Shown here piece after piece: positions 1 to 12,727 of a stretch of DNA of 56,106 nucleotides. Under the pieces are notes generated by a model that made no database searches, was not told the origin of the DNA, and worked only from the letters and a program-made list of their open reading frames with translations. How positions within the stretch are numbered: position 1 is the first letter of the stretch; each line of letters starts with the position of its first letter. Both the position numbers and the translations under genes were made by a program. The stretch comes from Octopus bimaculoides (taxonomy: Eukaryota). The stretch is from the NCBI RefSeq assembly GCF_001194135.2, contig NC_068999.1, positions 18,596,473 to 18,652,578 on the forward strand, given 5' to 3'.

Positions 1-44
<44 letters not shown>

Positions 45-56
45 GTAGATAGATAT
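1..56. repeat. (ATAG)n tetranucleotide microsatellite
   Basis: Direct reading of the sequence. Confidence 0.97.
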
Positions 57-2495
57 GAAGGAATCTTTCCTTAGATGCAAAACAAGCATCTAATAAATCT
101 TCACAGATACATCAGGAAACCAATATTCTTGAACCTATTTTTCGTGACGCGCGTTTGTTTTTTTCGTGCCTGAACACTTCAGGCACGTGTATCACATATT
201 AATCTACATGCATGTTGTATGTTCTCCTGTATCAAATACTTTTGTCCATTCCAGCAACTGCATAATCAATTACCTAAACTCAAGTAATTAAACGGTGAAT
301 GTTGTTTTCCACCCTGAAAGAGTAAGAAACTTTATAAGAATAAGCCAATATTAAACATGATTAACGTTTGGCAATGTGATAATAAACGAAGCATGCGTTA
401 ACTTTTCTATGGGCACCGGGAATGCATTAACTTTGTAAACATAAAATATGCCTAAAGCAATAAATGAATGCGCAATTTTTTTGTTTGTTTTCAGTAATTT
501 CCTTTTTAAAACCAGGTTTAATATTGTTTTTCTACCATGTAAAATAAACGAGAAAATATAACGAATAATTTTCGTTTTTAGAAACAGGATATTTTAACAA
601 TCTTCACTTTAAAAGGAAGAAAATTTTCTAAGGATTTGAGATATGAAACATCTTGTGGGTGTTCAGAATTTGGACACTTAAGATTTACATCATCAAAAAT
701 AAAAGAAGCAATATGAATTCTTAGAAAATTATTTTTAGCTTCCGCCTTTTTTAAAACTTGCTTTTTTTTGAGATTACAAAATGAAACTACACGTTGCCGT
801 TATTCTTTTTCATTTCTCGCTCATACACACACATATTTTATCGTTAATTTAGTTCATTGTTGCTGGAGGAATTCATGTTCAAAGTGCGTTTATATATTAC
901 AATTCTGTAAATAAGGAAACATTTTCCCAAATTTCAGACTCATAATGTTGATTGCTTACTATAATTTCCCACATTCGTGTTCAGGTCTCAAATCAAAGTT
1001 TTACGTTATTTATATTTAAGTGAGAAAACATAAGATAAATAATGAAGATAATTTGCAATCACAGTTACCTGGAATGTATTAGCATAAACATATGTTCTGT
1101 ATCTGTGAATCGCTATTACAATTAAATTTCTTACAAAACTCAAAGTGAAATGGTTCAAAATATGACATAGTAAATCTTTTACAGCTTAAATATGGAACAT
1201 AGCTTATTTTCTTAAATATGCAAACAAAATGCATTGAAATATTTTACAAGCAAACCAGACACATTACATAACTCTAAATGGTTTCATATTCTAAATTTAA
1301 AGATAACCACGTGAAGCGGAAATGATTATTCATAGAGATGTTGTGAACATGCGATCTTGAAGTATTTTTAGTATCACAAAAGTTAATTTATTGTTCCTTC
1401 GAATATTTTCGATGTTTCGAACCTAGATACAATCAGGTCAGTACTCGGTATCTGAAAGTAGAAATAGGGTGCATATATATTTCAAGCAAAAATGCCTAAA
1501 ATATCTGCGTTTCATAATCCCTAATGTAGCATAGAGAATATCAAACAACGCCATATCTGAGCCAATATGATGTTATTTTATGTGTATAGAGCGTAACTAA
1601 ACAAACACGAGAAAAAAAGAATCAGAAGGCATTCGCGAAATTTAGCACCGCCCATTTAATATTTTTGCATGAAAAGAACGATATATAATATGTTCTCAAT
1701 AGTCATGTAACATTTGGATGTTTCAAATAATTTTGAAGTGAAAGCTGGTGTATATGGAGAAGTGTTTTGGAAAATGTGGTTTACCAAAAGAAATCTATTG
1801 AAAAGGTTACTATTTTATATTCCCTACTGATAATATTATCTTTAATTCTATCATTTATAACTCAGGTTTAGTAGATTAGTAAAAGCTAGAGATTTGAACT
1901 AATACGTTTCACTAGAAAGTTGCCTTGCATTATTCTATGAAAATATTGTAAACATTTTACCTTCTTCATATTCTGTGTGAGTTTTTAAGTAATAACATTT
2001 GAGATTTTTTTCTGCTACGTATTAGTTTCACACTTTCTAGTGATACGCATATTTTAGAAAAGTATTTCAAGGGCTTCCTCCTTCTTTCCAATTGCAAATG
2101 TTTCCTGTACCATGCTTCGGATTATTTGGAGATATACCTGATGGCAGGAAATATTTTCACGTATTTTAAATCACTTAAAGGCCATGTAAATATTCAGTTC
2201 TCTTGTCAGATATAGTTTTGGATTCATCCAGATGTAAAGTAATATTTTCCAGTTCTACAAGATTTACATCCATGTATTCATAATAAAGAAACGCCGACGT
2301 CATTTTCCTGAGTAGAAATCTAACAACAATAATTACATTTCTTCATCATACTCATCCTTCTCAGCTATACCTCATTCGCTCCTTATATTGCGAGTAATTT
2401 ATTGAAGCATTCCTAGTTGTTTGACACTGATACTTCTAAGATTCTAACCTAAACATCTTTATTTAAATGATATCAGTTTCATTGCGCTCATCATT

Positions 2496-2542
2496 TTAAA
2501 TTTGTCCGCTAATGTCGTCAGCAATGTCTTTATATAAATGAT
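2496..2542 (-). CDS. Candidate terminal coding exon, (D)HLYKDIADDISGQI*, of an unidentified minus-strand gene
   Basis: Acceptor ttcgcagtacactcctttcag|; phase-1 frame open to TAA at 2498-2496; AATAAA on the minus strand at 2463-2458 and 2403-2398. No homology recognised. Confidence 0.35.
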
Positions 2543-2869
2543 CTGAAAGGAGTGTACTGCGAACAATTAAATAAATATATGCAATTGCTTTTCATTTATG
2601 TAGGGACAGATTATGAAAAAAACAAAAAGGTAGAGATAAATGTTCAAGTATGTGTGTGTGTGTTTGTGTGTTTATATATGTATATGTGCAAACACATAGA
2701 TTCAATCATGTTTTTAATACTCAAATTTTTGTGTAGTTACCATTACACAAAAGTGATAGAGAACATTTATTAACTGCCGTATATGTAGGCAGGTGAGTTG
2801 TCAAATGCATTTCGGGGAAAATATCACATGAATTATAAAGATTTATATATACATATAATCACACACACA

Positions 2870-2887
2870 CACGCACGCACGCACATG

Positions 2888-2942
<55 letters not shown>
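2870..2942. repeat. (CA)n(TA)n microsatellite
   Basis: Direct reading. Confidence 0.95.
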
Positions 2943-2944
<2 letters not shown>

Positions 2945-3215
2945 GCTTTTCAACCACGTGTTTCGGGGTTCATATCGCTGAGTAACACCTTGCTCGATTG
3001 TCTTCTACCGTAACCTCAGGGCGAATAAAGCCTTGTGACTGGCTTCTTTCGCAGAAGGTGAAATGCCCCAGTTGTATATATGCATGCATGCCGGCGTGTG
3101 TGTGTGCCTTTATGCGAGGGTTTGTCCCCCACCACCGCATGAGAACCCGCGCTGGTGTATTCACGTTCCCGTAATTTACTTCGTTTACAAACAATAATTA
3201 GTGCGTTCGACAGAA
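2945..3215 (+). mobile_element. Degenerate tRNA-derived SINE, family A
   Basis: Colinear similarity to the copy at 54764-55142: gtcttctac..taacctc, aaagccttgtga, gtttgtcccccaccacc, cccgtaattta. Confidence 0.7.
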
Positions 3216-3323
3216 TCTGTGGAAGATTGTGCCACTCCATGGTTGCAGTGCAATGATTCATACAAGGAAAGTTTAATTGATTTTGTTCTTTTCATGAATC
3301 TCATCATTCATACCATCATTCAC

Positions 3324-3353
3324 ACCTCCTCCTCCTCCTCCTCCTCCTCCTCC

Positions 3354-3384
<31 letters not shown>

Positions 3385-3625
3385 TATCATTATCATCATC
3401 ACCATTATCCTCATCAACACCACCAGCAGCACCATCATCGTCATCAACATCATAATCTTCATGATCATCATCATCATCACCACTACCACCAACACTACCA
3501 CCAAAACCACCAGCACACTGTCAGCATAGTTGACAACAGTACCACCATCACCACCACCATCATGATCGTGATTATGATTGTCGTCATCAACATTATCATC
3601 ATCACTATCATCATCATCATCGAGT
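3324..3625. repeat. Compound trinucleotide microsatellite (CCT)n/(CAT)n/(CAC)n
   Basis: Direct reading. Confidence 0.95.
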
Positions 3626-3920
3626 CATTGTTGTTATTGTTGATGCTATCATGAAGACTGACATTCTCTTGGTTCACTATGGTAGATTTTGCTTTTATGA
3701 TCTTTGGTAAGAAGCGCAATAAACAATGTCTTACGTTACAAGCAATTTTATCACAATATATTACTTATGAACAGAATATGTAGTGACATTTTCATTTTGC
3801 TTCTAGTTTCGCTAGATTTGCGATGACGCATAAACAGCAGAACTGCTCCCACATGGAAGGGAGTAAAATATATTCTCGCCAGTGAGGCACATAATGATAC
3901 AAAGTAACCTGCTTAACAGT

Positions 3921-3958
<38 letters not shown>

Positions 3959-4817
3959 CTGCATATGTAACGGATACCACTTTTTTGAAACATGCACACG
4001 CATGCGCGCGCACGCCCACACACACACACATAAACACACACACATGCGTACCCGGGCATACACTCAAATCATGTTAACTGTGAAAGCTTATGTTATATTG
4101 TCTACATAGCAGTAACAGTATGGGCATAAGAAAAGCATAACTATAATCCATCCACCAAAACTTCCTCACGTGCAAAGGTTTCTATCCAGGCTGTCTTTAT
4201 TGATGCTTACCAGATCTGAAACAGTACACCTGTCAATCAAGTCCTAAGATTGAAAAGTATTGGAACTATGCCTTTCTGAAATGCACAACAGTATAAATGT
4301 TCGTCGTTTTCTAACAAAACAAAATGGTAGCATGCAGTTGTGGTTACGGCTGACACCAGCAGACTTAATTTTAGCGGGTCAAGCTATCGGAAAATATTTT
4401 ATTCTGTAAACAATTTGCTAAAGTTTTCTTATTTAACCATTAAAATAAGTTTACACTTTAGGTTATTTTCTGATATATACACTTCAAACGTAAATATATA
4501 CTCTTTAAATATGGCTTTATTGTTCCAGTTTAAGAATACTATTTACCAAATAAATGCATGGATTTTTATTTCCATAGATGGCCATAACATTTAATTTTTT
4601 TTTTAACTATTGTGTTTTACTACGAAATTAACATGGACAGGAAACATGATTATAACTACAATATTCAAAAACATAAAAAATGTTTTGATAAACAAGGGGA
4701 TCTTCATTGTCGTCATCGTCTTTGTCATCGTTGATATCACCATCATCGTCGTCGTCGTCATCGTTATCATCATCATCAACATGATTATACCCAATATCAT
4801 TGTGATTATCTACAAAC

Positions 4818-4874
4818 CTGTTCGTCTAATATTGCCTTCCCTCCCTACCATTCTCTGCAAGGCTTTTGAAGTTT
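4818..4874 (-). CDS. Candidate 57-bp phase 1-1 internal exon, (E)TSKALQRMVGREGNIRRT
   Basis: Acceptor ttttcaaatatacag|, donor CAG|gtttgt; length a multiple of 3; only the phase-1 frame is open; GC higher than flanks. Confidence 0.35.
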
Positions 4875-6619
4875 CTGTATATTTGAAAACATGTTAAGGC
4901 TAGACACCTACTTACAGGTTATTTTTCTACTTGTTTTGCGTGAATAATAGTCATAGTCCATCCAGACACCACTCACATATCACTTGCGGTCCCATTATGA
5001 AATCTCCAACATAATTACCGGAAATATTCGCCAGTTTGTTAGAAATTATTGAAATTACCAAGCCCTAGTCTTTCCCAAGCATTTCTTTCTAATTTGTTAC
5101 TGATTAATTATTGCCTAATATGACCGTTCTCGATTCTTTTGCTATTACGGTACCTCCCACTACATGTGTGGTACACGATTTCCCCCGCTTTACAATTCTA
5201 TATATGATGTTTCTATCGACTTTACTATTTGAAACTGAAGTTTTGTTCAATCTGACGATTTGTCGTATTATTTGTAACATCCTTACATTTTCGTTAATGC
5301 AGATAGTAAGCACTACTATATACAGGTGAGTGGATTCCAGCACTCATTAACTGAAATAATTTTTGGTGCTATAATTTTGTTTATTTCTGGAATGTTCTCC
5401 ATACATATATATATTTAATTGAATGGTGCATGCCAAAATGGGAAATATTAAGAAGGCAGTATACAAGAAAAATTTGAATAATGAATAATATGAATATATA
5501 TATTATTGATATTTTTTGTTTTATCCTGTCTACTTACTATCTCCCATTATGGTATTAGATGTTTTCAATTTTTTTATTGTCTATAATTCTTTGTATTTGG
5601 AGAATACCTTCCAAGTGATATGTTTTGCTATGGATAATCGAATTAAATTAAAATATATTTTTGTACGCTTTTGTTCAGTTTGCTGCAAATCAGTTCTTCT
5701 TAATTTACGGTGTATTCTCTATCATTTTCATCATTTCAACCAATTACTTACGCTTTTAATTGTTTTCCATTAAGTTTCTATCTGTTTTGGCAGATTTGTT
5801 CGGCTATTGTGTGGCAAATTTTAATATGATGCTTTGAATAATATATTTACACATACATCGTATACATTGTACACATACATCATTTCAAATTAGATTAATC
5901 ATCTCCTTCTCATTTCAGTGGATATTTTCTGTATTTGATTGTGTTTACCTTCTTAAAAGCTATTATTTTCTTCTCAATTTCTCATTCAGTGCCTACCTTA
6001 CACATGTTAATGTTCGTGCCTATTTAATATCTTGTGGATGTTTTATATACTTTGGTATATTGGAATTCCTTGGCATATTGAAGTCTTTATTTTTATTTAT
6101 TATTTTATTCTTTTTGTGGTTGCTGTCAGTATGGGATTGGTATTCTGCTGTCTGCAGACGATACTTCTGAACAATTTCCAAGATTACAGTATTATTGTAT
6201 ATACCGCTATCTTTAAACTTATGCCTAAGTAAGACAGTATTGAGACATTAGAAGTTAGGTTTACATTGCAGATCTCTAGTTACATATAAGTTAATAACGT
6301 CTTTAAGATACTGGTATCTTCTTTCATGCATTTGTTTTTAATTAGTTGCATATTCAGCAGAATAATTTCTCATTGTTATGTTCTTACTGTGTTTTTACAT
6401 TATATATTTCCAGAGGTAATATTTATCCTCACTTAAATGTGGATGTTCTGCTAGAGCAAACTATACTGCATTAGATAGCATGAGAGAAACTCTCATATCG
6501 GTTTTTCGTGCAAAATGCATTCTTGTTTTATCTCTAGCGAGGATATAAATAATCACAACCTCCAGGGACTAGACTATCAGATCACGTGATTTTGACCTTT
6601 CTTCATGTTTTCAAAAATG

Positions 6620-9200
6620 GACGCTATTACGTCAGGCATCCTAGCTTCTATTACTCTGTCTGTCAGAATACTAAAGTCCCACAATACCTCGTATTTATTA
6701 GTTTCTATTACTTTACTAGGTTCATGTTCAGATCATTTATTAGTATGTTCAAATGTTAGTTTTCTCCATAACTCCCAGTGGATTATTCTCCAAAGATTCT
6801 CATGTCTTTTCTTGTATTCTTTCTTTGGCAGCATGCTACATTCACTTACTATATAAATAACACCATCCTCTTTTGATTGGCATAACCTACATTGGGTATC
6901 TATTTTGTTTTTATTAATGTTGGCTTTTATTCAATTAGTCATTATTACTTGATCTTGTGCAGCTAATAACACATATTCTTTCTCCCTCTTTATCTTTGCT
7001 TTCTGCAAACATATCAGAACGTATCTCACTACTACTATTTGCTACAGCTATCTTTTGAAATCTCCCATTTAACGCGATCTCCTGTCAGTCAGATAGCTTT
7101 GTGATTTTTCTGGTTTGTAACTGAGCAAATTCAGTTTTTGTCCAATCTACAAAAGTTGCTGTGTATCTAAGTAATGATACTGCCGTGGTATATTGCTTTC
7201 ATTTCTGTAGTAAATAATCTGTCAGATTGTAATACTCCTAGTTACTAATAACTCTCTACTCCTTTCAATGATTTTAATTTCTGGCCATCTGTTAATTGGA
7301 TGCCTTCGCTATCGAATATTTCGCCATTTCTCATGACTAATATTACATACTTTTCTATGCCAAATTCCATACCATACCTACACCTTTACTGAAGATACCT
7401 GCAGTCTCTATTGAAGAATCGGCCACTTTTTCATTCTTAACAAAAGACTTCAGATCATCCATGTAAATGGTTCATTTTTCGTTTACTATTGCTGAACTGA
7501 TTCTCTGCATCTACCTCCTTCTTTAATACTAAACTGAGCAGGATCAAAGATAAGACAAATATTAAAGGGTGCATTGAGAACCCCTGAAAATTTCATTTTT
7601 TGATAATAACTTCCCATATGAATGTGTCACCTGAATAGAGATCTACTTTACATTTTTTTATGCTAAAGCTTATTAATTCTCTTCTTTTGATCTCTTCCGT
7701 ATTATACTCAGGCATTCAATTAACTAACACGGTATTATAATATCATAGGCTCTTCTTTAATCGATCTATGTTCTGGTTAGATTTATAATTCTATCTTTTA
7801 CTTCATTTAGAACTTCTTTGTCTATATATAATTGATCATACGTTCCTCCAGCCTTCTTCCTGCAACAATATTTTCTTCTCGCTGTAATGGTAAGCAAGTG
7901 ATTGGTTTATAGTTGCTAGCTGTATTACCCTTGCTCTTATATTTAATGATGAGTATTGTCCTCCTTCTAGTCAGCCAATCTAGTATTATTTCTCCATTAA
8001 AGCAATCCCGAAGTTGTTCCCTCAGTCTTCCAGGTAATGTACAAAATTCCTTTAGGCAGTACCCTTCAACTAAATCTGGTGCTGGGCCCTTCAAATTCAG
8101 CATTTTCCCATACACTTTACTCATTAATGCACTAGTAAATCTTAGATCTGGCTGCTTCTCACTCAATACTCCTTTCGTAATTTTTTTTAACCATACTCCA
8201 TCTTCGTTATGACTGACTGGCTTATCCCAATCGTTACTCTACAAAATTCTATTTTATTCTGTATTAGGTTTGTCATCTTCAGTACTTCATTCTCCTCTAT
8301 ATATTTGGTTATTAAATCGTCTTTGGTCTGTCTCAAATGATTTATACTATTGATAATGATCCATTCTTTCCCGATATCTGGAGAGCCTGCCTACTACTGC
8401 TATGATACGCCGTTTCAACCCTTCTTTTACTATCCCAAAACATTATTCTTTGACAAAGAATGTTTTCTCAAGTGAAGACTTGCATCTTGTTCTTCCAAAC
8501 TTCTTCAGTTTCCAGCCTTCCATTCTGCTCAGATCTTGTCCTAAAGTCTTCCCTTTATTTTGTAGCCTCTTTTCGCACATTTACTTTTGTTTTTCGTCTT
8601 TCCCTGTGAGATATCTAATCATCCAGTGACTATTGCCCCTCCTGCATATATCAATAAATTAGTGTCTCCTACAGTTTTAGTGTCTATCCAACTGAAAACA
8701 TAATCTACTTTCCAAGTCATTTCTAGCAGCTTCTTTCTTTTGATACTTATTAATTCTGGCAACCTTTATCTTACTTATTTACTCATTACTTCCTTCAACT
8801 CATATAAAATCTTCTGGTCTTCCTCAATTAAATCATTTAAGTTGCTGGTGGCAGTTGTCCCTTCATTATTGGTAGCGCCATTATTATTTTTTCCTTCAGG
8901 TTCTTCTTTGGTTTGAGCTGTATCTCTCATGGTGTTGCTTTTTTTCCATACTGTCTGGTCTTTTTTTTTTTTCTAGTTCTGTTGTGATCTCTTCTACATA
9001 CAATTCTGTCATTCACTTTCTTCTCCTAATAGTATTATCTTGATAAACACATCTCTGTTCAGCCACTTTAAACATAGGAATTTGGTGTAATGTTGCATAG
9101 TAGAGTGCGTAAATTATAAATCAACTATTTCAGAGTTTTTATTGTTATTTGACCACTGATCCTTCTCTTTTGGTTGGTTTTGTTATCTGTTCGTTTTTAC
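6620..9200 (-). mobile_element. Decayed near-full-length R4/Dong-clade (RLE) non-LTR retrotransposon
   Basis: Minus-strand motifs in the expected order: YKPITCLPL, YMDDLK (RT), GMEFGIEK, then CRLCQ..IVSEC..RHENL..IHWEL..VLWDFSILTDRVIEARMPDVI (zinc knuckle and RLE). Many stops and frameshifts. Confidence 0.88.
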
Positions 9201-9636
9201 TGCGTTTACTTTTTAACTGAACGCTGCCTATATAAATGTGTTGATGTTTCTTTTTTAGTTATAAATATAATTTGTGTATAAGCGAGAGATCGAGACGAAG
9301 CACCAATGTGCATATAGAGAGAGGCCTTTTTAAATATGAATGTATATGTAATTAACATTTTAACATTTTACTCACAGCTTTTCAGATTTCAAATGGAAAT
9401 ATTGCAGTGTTTACATTGTTTACGCAAATGTTTAATGGGAAGCTATTTTATGGTTATATAATATACTCCATAGAGGGATAAATGTATCAGTTTTTGAAGA
9501 TGGCTTACATTAAGACGTAGTTTACTTTCATTGTTTTTTTTTACGGATTCTTAATTCCTGGATCGTGATAGCTTCAAATTTGATGTATCTTCCCGGCAGC
9601 TCGTTGTCACACGTCCACACTATTTGCTATTCGCTA

Positions 9637-9832
9637 TTCTTCTTCTTCTTCTTCTTATCGTTCTTCGTCGTCGTCTTCTTCTTCTTCTTCTTCTTCTTCT
9701 TCTTCTTCTTCTTTTTCTTCTTCTTCTTCTTCTTCTTCTTCTTCTTCTTCTTCTTCTTCTTCTTCTTCTTCTTCTTCTTCTTCTTCTTCTTCTTCTTCTT
9801 CTTCTTCTTCTTCTTCTTCTTCTTCTTCTTCT
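9637..9832. repeat. (TTC)n microsatellite running into an assembly gap
   Basis: Direct reading. Confidence 0.97.
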
Positions 9833-10723
9833 NNNNNNNNNNNNNNNNNNNNNNNNNNNNNNNNNNNNNNNNNNNNNNNNNNNNNNNNNNNNNNNNNNNN
9901 NNNNNNNNNNNNNNNNNNNNNNNNNNNNNNNNNNNNNNNNNNNNNNNNNNNNNNNNNNNNNNNNNNNNNNNNNNNNNNNNNNNNNNNNNNNNNNNNNNNN
10001 NNNNNNNNNNNNNNNNNNNNNNNNNNNNNNNNNNNNNNNNNNNNNNNNNNNNNNNNNNNNNNNNNNNNNNNNNNNNNNNNNNNNNNNNNNNNNNNNNNNN
10101 NNNNNNNNNNNNNNNNNNNNNNNNNNNNNNNNNNNNNNNNNNNNNNNNNNNNNNNNNNNNNNNNNNNNNNNNNNNNNNNNNNNNNNNNNNNNNNNNNNNN
10201 NNNNNNNNNNNNNNNNNNNNNNNNNNNNNNNNNNNNNNNNNNNNNNNNNNNNNNNNNNNNNNNNNNNNNNNNNNNNNNNNNNNNNNNNNNNNNNNNNNNN
10301 NNNNNNNNNNNNNNNNNNNNNNNNNNNNNNNNNNNNNNNNNNNNNNNNNNNNNNNNNNNNNNNNNNNNNNNNNNNNNNNNNNNNNNNNNNNNNNNNNNNN
10401 NNNNNNNNNNNNNNNNNNNNNNNNNNNNNNNNNNNNNNNNNNNNNNNNNNNNNNNNNNNNNNNNNNNNNNNNNNNNNNNNNNNNNNNNNNNNNNNNNNNN
10501 NNNNNNNNNNNNNNNNNNNNNNNNNNNNNNNNNNNNNNNNNNNNNNNNNNNNNNNNNNNNNNNNNNNNNNNNNNNNNNNNNNNNNNNNNNNNNNNNNNNN
10601 NNNNNNNNNNNNNNNNNNNNNNNNNNNNNNNNNNNNNNNNNNNNNNNNNNNNNNNNNNNNNNNNNNNNNNNNNNNNNNNNNNNNNNNNNNNNNNNNNNNN
10701 NNNNNNNNNNNNNNNNNNNNNNN

Positions 10724-10980
10724 TATTCTACAGTTACTTGTTATATTTCTTTTCATTATGTGTTTTTGGTAATTTCTGGTGGGGAGGCTTTGGTCTTGTG
10801 CAGCAATTAAAAATCCTTCAGTCTCTGCTTTGAGTCCTGAGCTTCTCAGCCATTGCTGGGATTTTTCTCTGTCTATTTCTTTCGCATTTAGTTTAGCCCA
10901 GTATTTACCATGTAGGGGCTTTTCTTGCCATCGTTTTATCATGGTCCGTTGCTGTTCTAGTTTTAGTTTGGATTTCATTT
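10724..10980 (-). mobile_element. Young 5'-truncated R4/Dong-clade LINE fragment whose 3' part lies in the gap
   Basis: Uninterrupted frame WQEKPLHGKY..SQQWLRSSGLKAETEGFLIAAQDQSLPTRNY..CRI, typical of the R4 region before the zinc knuckle. Confidence 0.88.
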
Positions 10981-10986
10981 GTTTTA

Positions 10987-11028
<42 letters not shown>

Positions 11029-11034
11029 GATTAC

Positions 11035-11066
<32 letters not shown>

Positions 11067-11093
11067 ATAATAATAATAATAATAATAATAATT
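10987..11093. repeat. (TAT)n-(CAT)n-(AAT)n compound microsatellite
   Basis: Direct reading. Confidence 0.95.
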
Positions 11094-11099
11094 ACACTT

Positions 11100-12000
11100 A
11101 TACAGCAGTTTTGGGGGCCTGCTCACGTCTCATATCAATTAGTTTCTTCAACATATTTCTTGAACGTTTTTGTTAGTGCCCCGTGTACTCCTACAACTAC
11201 GGAGATATTAGTTACTTCCCTCATTGCCTGCATTCTTTGTAATTTCGTGTTTAATAGTCTTCATTTCTCCCTCTTTTTCCAGTTAATTTTCATCTACGCT
11301 TGCATCCGAAGGTGTAGCAATATCTTTAATCTTGGTTTCCTTCTATCGTTTATCATCCACCAGAACAATGTCATGCCTCCTATCATCTAGTAGGGAGTCA
11401 TATTAGATTGTAAAATTCTGCATGATTTTCTATTCATTGTTCTCAGTGACGCCCTCTCGTTCATGTTTGTAACATTTCCACGCTGTGCCCACACCGTACT
11501 CTTCATACAGTCTCCAGCATTGACTTAACCAAGTTATCATGCCTCATTTTACATTTCTTGTGAACTAGGTTACCACATTCATCACAGTATGTGAGATTGT
11601 CTCGTGTTTGATGCCACACATCCAGCAAAGGTGAGACACACCGTTCTTATTTATTTGCAAATTGCTGTAATTAGCTCTGAGATAACTTGGGCGCTGCATG
11701 TCAGTGTCGCAATGCATCATTCAGGTAAATTATTCCTTAGCCATGTGAACGTGCTGGTCTTGCCTTACCCCTTCATTTCTCTGAAGTATTGCCCATGCAT
11801 TGTTTTCATTTTCAAACGTTTATTCTTAGCTTTTTATCTTGCTTTTCAAAGCTTTTCGTTGCCTCACATTTGCGGTAGGTATCATACTATTTCTAATAGC
11901 GGCACGGAATGATTCACTCAGCTGTTTGATGTACCATACCAGATTATTGTTCTCGTTAGCAATACAGATCTTACAGCTTATGAGACCGCTTCCTCTATTG
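11100..12000 (-). mobile_element. Old R4/Dong-clade LINE 3' fragment (RLE region)
   Basis: Minus-strand remnants ENNNLVWYIK, CETISH..EC..RHDN, RRHDIVLVDD, VVVGVHGALTKTFKKYVE..EQAPKTA, matching the R4 C-terminal pattern VVVGALG..HAQKTALLG. Confidence 0.75.
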
Positions 12001-12019
12001 TTCCTAGACACATAGACTC

Positions 12020-12210
12020 TATCAAAATCGAATTTTGGGCGGCGCTGTTCCTTGTTAATTACGATGCCTTACATATTTTCATTACCCATTTCCTCAACGT
12101 CATCTTTTATCCATTTAACGACATGATTAATTCGGGGCAGTATGAGATAGTCTCGTCTAATATTCTAGCCAATATTTTATACCAAGTAAAATCGTGTACA
12201 TGGAACCACA
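12020..12210 (-). mobile_element. Possible RTE-type LINE 3' remnant
   Basis: Weak WL.RILD..KWIKDDVEEMG..NKEQRR pattern only. Confidence 0.3.
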
Positions 12211-12406
12211 CCTAATCGGTTAAGATCAGAAGCCATGAGAACCAGTGCCTGGTGTTGCATGAAGTCATCAACATCATCATCATTGTCACCATCATTATCA
12301 TTATCATCATCGTCATCGTCGTCATCACCATCACCGTCATCATCATGATGCTGGGTACAGAGTCTTCCTGCAAGTACTTATCCAGACGTTCTGTTTTACG
12401 TTCATG

Positions 12407-12443
<37 letters not shown>

Positions 12444-12691
12444 NNNNNNNNNNNNNNNNNNNNNNNNNNNNNNNNNNNNNNNNNNNNNNNNNNNNNNNNN
12501 NNNNNNNNNNNNNNNNNNNNNNNNNNNNNNNNNNNNNNNNNNNNNNNNNNNNNNNNNNNNNNNNNNNNNNNNNNNNNNNNNNNNNNNNNNNNNNNNNNNN
12601 NNNNNNNNNNNNNNNNNNNNNNNNNNNNNNNNNNNNNNNNNNNNNNNNNNNNNNNNNNNNNNNNNNNNNNNNNNNNNNNNNNNNNNNNNNN

Positions 12692-12727
<36 letters not shown>

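Noticed and set aside
2175-2303. Short minus-strand ORF MTSAFLYYEYMDVNLVELENITLHLDESK...
   Set aside because: Only 42 codons, no recognisable family, and it would lie in the 3' UTR of the candidate gene.
2470-2521. Hammerhead-like CTGACGA...GAAAC on the minus strand
   Set aside because: The G of GAAA is needed to close stem II (otherwise 10.1/11.1 is C:U), and stems III and I do not pair; it overlaps the candidate terminal exon.
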